A stretch of 64,000 bases of DNA, taken from the NCBI GenBank assembly GCA_965200315.1, contig OZ241362.1, forward strand, positions 2,560,001-2,624,000, in the 5' to 3' direction. Under the pieces are notes generated by a model. The model was not told the origin of the DNA and ran no database searches. It was given only the letters and a program-made list of their open reading frames with translations. Source of the stretch: Candidatus Latescibacterota bacterium (GTDB taxonomy: Bacteria; Latescibacterota; UBA2968; UBA8231). The translations under genes and the position numbers were made by a program. Shown here piece after piece: positions 57,281 through 64,000 of the stretch (the first letter of the stretch is position 1; each line of letters begins with the position of its first letter).

Positions 57281-59566
57281 TCAATACGCGACCCCAACAA
57301 CCCCCACCCGCTTCTCTTCTCCGGTCCCCGCATCCAAAGCAACGGAAAAGATATAGTGGCCTGGGGGGACCGCGTTGTCCTCATCGTCGCGCCCGTCCCA
57401 AAAACGGGGAAATCGCCCGCTCATATCCAAGCCTTCGTAGAGGTTGCGGACCAACCGGCCACTCAAATCGTAGACCCCGAGCCGCACCCGGGTGGGGTGG
57501 GCTATGTTGGTGATGTCATAGGTAATGGCCGCCCGCTCGTTGACCCCGTCGCCATTGGGGGTAAAAACCCCGGGCACGGCCGCTACATTTACTAGCAGTT
57601 CGTCGGTAATCGGCACCCCGACAAAGAGGTTTTCTGGATCGAGGGTGCCCACGACTTTGCGGTCGGGATCATCCATGCCCTCCCGACTCAAATCCGCGGC
57701 ATTACCGGCCAACACCACTTGACCTAGCACCTCGTTGTCGGCATGGAGCGCCCGGCCGGCAAAGCGAGTTCCTAGGCGTAGGACTGTATTCTCGAACTCT
57801 AAAGTCAAAAGGGCTCCATCCTCCGCAATCCGCGGGAAGGCCATGACCAAGGCGTCGTCGCGCACAGCTACCACGCTAAAGCCACTCTGCTCGACCGGAA
57901 GCGCCGCGAGGGACACGCCGGAAAAATCCGCCGATGCTGCCGTGCCGTCGGGCCGGCGTATTCCCACTTGGCCAATTGACTCAGTGCGCAGCGGTGTGCT
58001 GATTTCAAAGCGATCAAAGCCCGCATTCTGAGGAGAGGATTTGACCAAGACGCCATACGTGAAGCGGGTGGCTTGGCCCAAGATGGCGGTGCGAGGCAAA
58101 ATCTCGGCGATGAGGGAGTCGGCGAAGACGGGCTGGAAAACGTCCCAAGCCACTCCGCCGATGCCAGTAGCCGCATCGACATCGGCGTTGAAGAATTCGA
58201 TCATAACTTGAAAATAGCGCCGCGGGCTAGGCGATACGATCAGCGTCCCCGCTCCTTGCACTTGAAGTTGGTCTGGGGCGACAATACCCTCGGGCGAATA
58301 GGGGGGGGACCAAGGACTCCAATTGGTGAGGTCTTCGCGAATCACCGACTTTTGGTCGCTCGCTAATTTGTTGTAGTCCGCTTGGCCAAGGGTGATCTGG
58401 GCTCGCTGTTCAAAAGGCAACTGGCCAAAGGTCAAAAGCGCCTCGCGCCCGTCCATCTCTTCGTTGTCGAGGATGTTGGCGACCAAGTTCTCGAGTTCGC
58501 TGTCTTCTACATCTTCGGCTCTCTTCCAAGGCGCGTCGATGGGGATGTCGAAAACGGTATCTCCCCGCTGTTCAACTCGGCCAGAGGATTGCTTGCCGAC
58601 GCGGGTAAACTCGACCGGCTGGGAATCGTCCCCACTGCGGGTGCGGACCTGGACCCTAGAGCGAGTTGGATCGCCCACCTGCTCTTCAACCCAGCGCAAA
58701 CGGCCCAAAAGTGCTTGGTCGCCAAAGTCGAATACATTGGAAATGTACACGGCCTGCGGCACAAAACCCTCGCTGAACACTTGAAACTCGGCGATCTCAA
58801 AGTCTGCGGCCGTCAGGGACTTGAGCCGCAAAAAGCGCACGAAGCGGGTGGGAATTCGCACGTCCACCACCGCTTCTTGGTTCTGCCCTTCAAAGGCGAC
58901 CGTTTCCCAGATTAGACTGCCCTCGCGGCGCGATTCGGGTTGGCCGTCATTGACGAAAATTTCGTAGCCCTTCAAAAAGTCGTCTTGAGACTGGAAATCC
59001 GGGGCTGGAAAGGCCGGATCGGCGTTGCGCGGAAAAAACTTGAACCGATTGACGCCAAAGATAGCCCCCAAGTCGAATTCGATGAGTAAGCCAAAAGCTC
59101 CGGTCCCCCCCGTGCCCGATGATCGCACCGCTAAGGCGGTATTTCCGTCGTCGTCGAACATCTGGGGAAAATCGGCTTCGAGAAAGCGGAAAGAGGGGAT
59201 GGGCGTGATGACGCTGCCACCGCGCTCCTTGGAGTTGACGCCGATCAATATGTTGTCCGTCGTATCGGCCTGCTGCGGAAAGATCCAATACGTGCGCTCA
59301 AAGGGAGCAAAGTCGATGACGCCGCCGGGCGCATTGGATTGATCGACCGTCGCCGGGTCGAGGATCACTAGGGCCGGAACCTCCCCGCCGCCACTCTCCC
59401 AAGACAACCCGCCCTCGCCCCCTAGTTGGACGACCTCCATTTGGGCACCAACTGGCGACTGGGCACTCAACGCTCCGAGAGCAGAAAAGAGCATAAGTAC
59501 CCTAAGCGCGATCCATCGGCACCTGTAATCCCTTTGATCTGCCGCGGATGATGACATGGCTGGCAT
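57281..59566 (-). CDS. Secreted multidomain protein with FlgD/gliding-motility-type CTD (FTPNGDGVNE), paralog B
   Basis: Discoidin-like FDLGAIFGVNRFKFFPR...FEIAEFQVFSEG, YISNVFDFG, WSPWSPPY, RRYFQ, PGVFTPNGDGVN...YDLSGRLVR...WDGRD..VPPGHY. Confidence 0.8.
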   Translation of the reverse strand: MPAMSSSAADQRDYRCRWIALRVLMLFSALGALSAQSPVGAQMEVVQLGGEGGLSWESGGGEVPALVILDPATVDQSNAPGGVIDFAPFERTYWIFPQQADTTDNILIGVNSKERGGSVITPIPSFRFLEADFPQMFDDDGNTALAVRSSGTGGTGAFGLLIEFDLGAIFGVNRFKFFPRNADPAFPAPDFQSQDDFLKGYEIFVNDGQPESRREGSLIWETVAFEGQNQEAVVDVRIPTRFVRFLRLKSLTAADFEIAEFQVFSEGFVPQAVYISNVFDFGDQALLGRLRWVEEQVGDPTRSRVQVRTRSGDDSQPVEFTRVGKQSSGRVEQRGDTVFDIPIDAPWKRAEDVEDSELENLVANILDNEEMDGREALLTFGQLPFEQRAQITLGQADYNKLASDQKSVIREDLTNWSPWSPPYSPEGIVAPDQLQVQGAGTLIVSPSPRRYFQVMIEFFNADVDAATGIGGVAWDVFQPVFADSLIAEILPRTAILGQATRFTYGVLVKSSPQNAGFDRFEISTPLRTESIGQVGIRRPDGTAASADFSGVSLAALPVEQSGFSVVAVRDDALVMAFPRIAEDGALLTLEFENTVLRLGTRFAGRALHADNEVLGQVVLAGNAADLSREGMDDPDRKVVGTLDPENLFVGVPITDELLVNVAAVPGVFTPNGDGVNERAAITYDITNIAHPTRVRLGVYDLSGRLVRNLYEGLDMSGRFPRFWDGRDDEDNAVPPGHYIFSVALDAGTGEEKRVGVVGVAY

Positions 59567-59655
59567 ATCTTTTGACTCGGCTTCTCTGGGCTAAGGCAAC
59601 TAACTGTATGAAATACGAAAAGACACAGCAACCAAAATCCGGCAACGTATAGCAG

Positions 59656-61002
59656 CTAAGGTTGGTTGGCTTCAATTTGAATCTCGCCCGTAAACCCATT
59701 GGCGATCAAACGCTCCGCTAGGGCCTTAGCTGCACTACTAGGCAAGTTTCTATTGGCCCTAATGCCCAGCCGACCACCTACTTTTTCTAGCCTTGCCAAG
59801 CCCGCTACACTCTGCAATTTCTCGTTAAATTGGATGAATAAATGTCCTTCAATAGTCCTAAGTTCGCCGAGCCCAGCCGCGTTGACCAAGGCACTGTTGC
59901 CGAAGATGGATACGTTCCCCCGGATCCTGCTTAGGCGGTGCAGCCCTTCCAAACTGCGCAGCGCTCCATTATCGACGATCAGCAAATCCCCGCCGACGTA
60001 AGCCAAGCGTCGTAGGCCCGCCAAACTTTGCAGCGTGCTGTTGTCGATGAGCAAGAGAAGTCCTTCAATGCGGGCCAAGCGGGCCAAGCCTTCGAGACTG
60101 GGCAGGACGCTATTGGCCTGAATCAACAAATCACCCCCAATGCGCTGGCACCCGGCCAAGCCCGCCAAAGATACCAGCGCATCGTTTTTCTCGACTCTCA
60201 GGCTACCCCCGATCCAACTCAGCTTATCCAAGCCCGCCAAGCACTCCAAGCGGTTGTTGCCAATTACCAACACATTTCCAGCGACGCGCTCAAGCTGCTC
60301 TAGGCCCGCTAGGTCGACCAAGGCCCCATTGCTCTTGATTCGCAAAAAACCGCCCACATCCTCCAGCCGCCGCAGTCCCCCTAGCGCCTGCAACGACCGA
60401 TTGCGCTCGATGGCCAACCCGCCCATTAGGCGTTTGATCCCCCCTAGGCCTACCAGACTCTTTAGCGATCCATTGCCGACGACGAGGACCTGTCCCGCTA
60501 TGGTCTCCAGTCGCTCCAGCCCCTCAATATGGGCGAGGCGGCGATTGAATTGAACCCTGAGCGACCCACCCACGCGATTAATTCGACGCAACCCCTTCAG
60601 ATCAACCAAGGCATTGTTGCGCTCGATGATTAAGCTACCTCCTAATTCCTCCAGAGACCGCAATCCCGCCAAATCCGCGAGTTGGGGGTTGCGCCGAATT
60701 CGCAAACTGCCCCCAATCCTCTTTAGGTGGTGCAGGCCCGCCAAACTTTTCAACGAATCGCTATGCTCAATGCTCAGATCGCCTCCTACATACTCGAGCC
60801 GCTCCAACCCGTGCAGCATCTTCAGTTGGTCGCTCTGCACGAGCAAATGCCCTTCGACAGACCGGCCTGTCAAAGCGCGTAGGTCGGCTGCCGAATCGAC
60901 GACAAACCCTTCTGTTGATTTGTTCGGCTCAACCGCTTTTATCGCGCTAACACTCCAACACAATACCCCAATCAGCGGTACGAGCAGGGCTTTGCGATTC
61001 AT
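59656..61002 (-). CDS. Secreted receptor-L-domain-like repeat protein
   Basis: Signal peptide plus about 16 regular 24-aa repeats GGxLxIxxNxxLxxLxGLxxLxxI. Confidence 0.85.
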   Translation of the reverse strand: MNRKALLVPLIGVLCWSVSAIKAVEPNKSTEGFVVDSAADLRALTGRSVEGHLLVQSDQLKMLHGLERLEYVGGDLSIEHSDSLKSLAGLHHLKRIGGSLRIRRNPQLADLAGLRSLEELGGSLIIERNNALVDLKGLRRINRVGGSLRVQFNRRLAHIEGLERLETIAGQVLVVGNGSLKSLVGLGGIKRLMGGLAIERNRSLQALGGLRRLEDVGGFLRIKSNGALVDLAGLEQLERVAGNVLVIGNNRLECLAGLDKLSWIGGSLRVEKNDALVSLAGLAGCQRIGGDLLIQANSVLPSLEGLARLARIEGLLLLIDNSTLQSLAGLRRLAYVGGDLLIVDNGALRSLEGLHRLSRIRGNVSIFGNSALVNAAGLGELRTIEGHLFIQFNEKLQSVAGLARLEKVGGRLGIRANRNLPSSAAKALAERLIANGFTGEIQIEANQP

Positions 61003-61054
61003 TTTGTGTCCCCGGAATAAAGTTTCCCCGGTCAACGCGGTAGGGAACTCAGAG

Positions 61055-62674
61055 TCAGCGAGTAGGTTGGACTATGCGTACAATCTGATTGGCGTCAACA
61101 GCGTCCAACGTCTGGACTTGGCCGTCGGGCCAGCGAATCGCGATATCCGCCTTCGTCGCCCGACCAAGGCCAAAGTGGAGGCGGGGATCGTGGCCGGATA
61201 GATAGCTCCCCCCGGACTGGCGCTCCCGGACCTGACGCACACCGCCCGCGATAACAGTAACGCGGGTCCCTAGCGCATCCCGCTGACCAGTACCGACCAA
61301 GAGGAGTTCGACCCAGTGCTGGCGATTGCCCCCGTCGTTGCGCAACAGACGAGGCCGCCCGGCCACGGTAGTCGCCAGTAGCTCCAGATCGCCGTCGTTG
61401 TCCCAATCGGCCACAGCCGCGCCGCGAACCGCGCTCTCAACGACAAAGTCGGCACCCAACTGGTCGGAGACTTCTTCAAAGTGGGCACCGTCTTGGTTGC
61501 GCAGCATAAGGTCGGGCTGGGCGTAGCGGAGGTCGGCGTCGAGTTGCTCGATATTATCCACCACGTGCCCGTTGCCGACAAATAAATCGAGGTCGCCGTC
61601 ATTGTCGTAGTCCATAAATTTGGTCCCGAACCCCAAGGGCAGATACGTGAGGGCCCCCAAGCCGAAGTGGGCGGTAAAATCGGCAAAGCGCCCCCGGCCA
61701 TCATTCCAGTAGAGGGTGTTGGTCTCGCGCGAGTAATTGGTTACGAAAAGATCGGCGTACCCATCGTTGTCGAAATCGCCGAAGTCAACGCCCATACCGG
61801 CTTCGGCGTGCCCATCTTCGTTGTATTGCACCCCGGCTTGTAGGCCGATCTCGACAAAGCGCGTCTCTTGGTTTTCGTAGAGAAAATTCGGCGTACCATC
61901 GTTGGCCACGTAAATATCCGTATCGCCGTCCAAGTCGCTGTCTGCAAAGGCCACGCCCAGCCCTCGTCCCACCGCACGGATGCCCACCCTCTTGGTCACA
62001 TCGACAAAGCGCCTGCCATCGTTGCGATAGAGCACATCCCCGATGGGTGCGTAGGTGCTTGGCTCGCAGTAAAAGCGAATCGTCCCCCGCTTGCACTCGA
62101 TATTGCCCGGCAAGCTGAAATGCACATAATTGGCCACAAAGAGGTCCAGGTCCCCATCGTTGTCGAAATCCAAAAATCCGCTGCTGGTGCCCCAGCGCCC
62201 GTCGCCCACGCCGGCTATTTGGGTAACGTCTGCAAAGCGCCCGCCGCCGTTATTGCTCAACAGCACATTGGGACCGAAGTTGGTTGCGTAGAGATCTTGA
62301 TCCCCATCGTTGTCGAAATCGCCCGCCGCACATCCCATGCCGTAGCCCCGATCGCCAGTTCCAGACGCGACAGAGAGATCGGCGAAAGTCCCATCGCCAG
62401 CGTTGCGATAAAGGCGATTGATGGGCGAAGTCGGGGGCAGGGCCCCCGAAAGATGGGCACCGTTAATCAGGTATATGTCCTGCCAGCCGTCCCCATCGGC
62501 GTCAAAGAATGCTGCGCCTGCGCCAAAGGTCTCGACATAGTAGTATTCGCCTTGAGCACCGTTGTAGTGTTGGAAGTCAATTCCGGCTTCTTGGGCGACT
62601 TCCCGGTAGCGCACTTGCGCCTGTGCAGCGACGACACAAGCGCACAAGATGGACAATAGTGAGTATCTTCTCAT
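61055..62674 (-). CDS. CRTAC1/ASPIC-UnbV FG-GAP repeat protein
   Basis: Signal peptide AQA|Q, repeated DFDNDGD.DL, GGSYLSGHDPRLHFGLG...WPDG. Confidence 0.92.
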   Translation of the reverse strand: MRRYSLLSILCACVVAAQAQVRYREVAQEAGIDFQHYNGAQGEYYYVETFGAGAAFFDADGDGWQDIYLINGAHLSGALPPTSPINRLYRNAGDGTFADLSVASGTGDRGYGMGCAAGDFDNDGDQDLYATNFGPNVLLSNNGGGRFADVTQIAGVGDGRWGTSSGFLDFDNDGDLDLFVANYVHFSLPGNIECKRGTIRFYCEPSTYAPIGDVLYRNDGRRFVDVTKRVGIRAVGRGLGVAFADSDLDGDTDIYVANDGTPNFLYENQETRFVEIGLQAGVQYNEDGHAEAGMGVDFGDFDNDGYADLFVTNYSRETNTLYWNDGRGRFADFTAHFGLGALTYLPLGFGTKFMDYDNDGDLDLFVGNGHVVDNIEQLDADLRYAQPDLMLRNQDGAHFEEVSDQLGADFVVESAVRGAAVADWDNDGDLELLATTVAGRPRLLRNDGGNRQHWVELLLVGTGQRDALGTRVTVIAGGVRQVRERQSGGSYLSGHDPRLHFGLGRATKADIAIRWPDGQVQTLDAVDANQIVRIVQPTR

Positions 62675-62762
62675 ATACTAGACAGACGGCTCGGTTACTT
62701 TGACCGGCAATCTAACCACAAACCGGAACACTCGTGCAAATGCACCTAAAAACGGGCAGTCA

Positions 62763-64000
62763 ATGACCCGCTTCTACCTACCTCGCAAAAGGGTTGCGTC
62801 TTGGCTTGGGGCCGTCCTCTGTCTGCTCACTTGCGCCTGTGGACCCAAGGAGCGAGACCCCTTGGTCCGCGCCGGGATGTACGCCTTTGCTCAGGAGCGC
62901 TACAGCGAAGCCATCGTCGCCTTGCACAAGGCGTTGGCCTCACGCGCCGACGATTACGAAGTCCACCACTATCTCGCTCGCTCTTATTTAGCATTGAGTA
63001 AATTCCCCCAAGCCCTGCGCGCGATCGAACACGCGATTGAGCTAGCCCCCCAAAAAGACCAGACGCGCGCCGAGTTGTACGAAGTCCTCGGCATCATTCA
63101 CACGGCCCGCTACACCTCTAGGGCGTATAGCCAAAACCAGCAGCGCGATGTCGAAGCAGCGCGGGCCGCCTTTGAGCAAGCGACCGCGCTCGATCCTCAC
63201 CGGGCAACGGCTTATTACAACTTGGGCCTATTGCACGGCTATCGCAAAGAAGTAGATCAGGCCCAAGCAGCGTACACTGCGGCCTTGGCGGCGGACTCCA
63301 CCTTGGCACCAGCCTACAAAAAATTGGGCAAAATCCAGCGGGAAAAGGGGTTCCCGCCCGAGGCGGCCGGGGCCTTTAAAAAAGCGGTGCGCTTCGACCC
63401 GCAAGACGCCGAAGCGCACTTTCTCTTGGGGCTAGCCCAGCGCGATATGGGCGATAATGAGGCGGCTTTGCAGGCACTACTCAAGGCGACCGAACTCAAC
63501 CCCGACTCGCCCAAGCTCCGCCTCAACCTCGGCAATGTCTATCTCCGCTTGGGCCGCCGCGAAGAGGGCCGGCGGGAAATGGCGCGTTCCGAAAGCCTGC
63601 GCCAGCAGCATCGGGGTCTGCACTCCGAAATCTCCCCACCGACGCACAAATCGCTCCCCATCGGCTCGGCGCGGGATCACTACAATATGGGATTGAAGCA
63701 CCAGATGGCCGGCGAAACCGACCAGGCTTTGTTAGAGTTTCGTCGCGCGGTCGAAATCAAACCCGATCACAAAGACGCCCTCATCGGCCTCGGCCTCCTC
63801 CTCGCCGAGCAAGGCCAACAAAAACAGGCGGCCCGGTATTTTCAGCGGGCTATCGAGCTGGATCGAGAAAATCCCATTCTGTACGTGCATCTGGGCCATG
63901 CTCACCATCAGTCGGGCTTGCTCGCAAGGGCGGCCCAAACCTTTGCCAAGGCGGCCCAACTCGACACCTCCCTCATCGAGCCTCCCTATATGCTCGGTTT
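62763..64000 (+). CDS. TPR-repeat protein, probable lipoprotein (partial, runs off window end)
   Basis: Not in the ORF track. Manual translation: MTRFYLPRKRVASWLGAVLCLLTCACGP...YSEAIVALHKAL...AYYNLGLLH...AHFLLGLA...HYNMG; multiple TPR units. Confidence 0.88.
   Translation, partial: MTRFYLPRKRVASWLGAVLCLLTCACGPKERDPLVRAGMYAFAQERYSEAIVALHKALASRADDYEVHHYLARSYLALSKFPQALRAIEHAIELAPQKDQTRAELYEVLGIIHTARYTSRAYSQNQQRDVEAARAAFEQATALDPHRATAYYNLGLLHGYRKEVDQAQAAYTAALAADSTLAPAYKKLGKIQREKGFPPEAAGAFKKAVRFDPQDAEAHFLLGLAQRDMGDNEAALQALLKATELNPDSPKLRLNLGNVYLRLGRREEGRREMARSESLRQQHRGLHSEISPPTHKSLPIGSARDHYNMGLKHQMAGETDQALLEFRRAVEIKPDHKDALIGLGLLLAEQGQQKQAARYFQRAIELDRENPILYVHLGHAHHQSGLLARAAQTFAKAAQLDTSLIEPPYMLG

Noticed and set aside
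59656-61002. 72-bp periodicity suggesting a CRISPR-like array
   Set aside because: The periodicity is protein-level repeat coding; there are no identical DNA repeats with unique spacers and no cas genes.

Overview
GC-rich bacterial chromosomal window. The gene families present (FlgD/T9SS-like C-terminal domains, a C-terminal (T/S)WGxIK motif, DUF6785-type transporters, several CRTAC1/ASPIC-UnbV proteins, receptor-L-like repeats) suggest an FCB-related lineage such as Latescibacterota, or a Poribacteria-like symbiont; this is inference. About 1-35 kb is mixed metabolism (CocE hydrolase, heparinase-like lyase, glutaminyl cyclase, moaB, MetE-like, hemB, sulfatase, divergent pyrD, sugar-acid enzymes). 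It is interrupted by two patches of gene debris, two tandem paralog pairs, one intact toxin-antitoxin pair, an internally deleted single-NBD uvrA, an orphan anti-sigma factor and a 1-kb phage-like islet. About 35-64 kb is envelope genes. The main candidate for an undescribed system is a 20-kb co-oriented cluster (42341-62674). It holds two large paralogous Ca-loop/barrel-like proteins, two FTPNGDG-CTD proteins, a separately terminated TWGQIK protein, a PPIase chaperone, two L-domain repeat proteins, a GT-C-like enzyme and two CRTAC1 proteins. Other highlights are a MITE family with 7-bp target duplications (one copy in frame in a signal peptide), a membrane anti-sigma factor ending in the same WGxIK motif, and an apparent 'Q-rule' in secreted proteins. 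No rRNA, tRNA, CRISPR array or reverse transcriptase was seen. All family calls come from motif recognition by eye, not from database searches.
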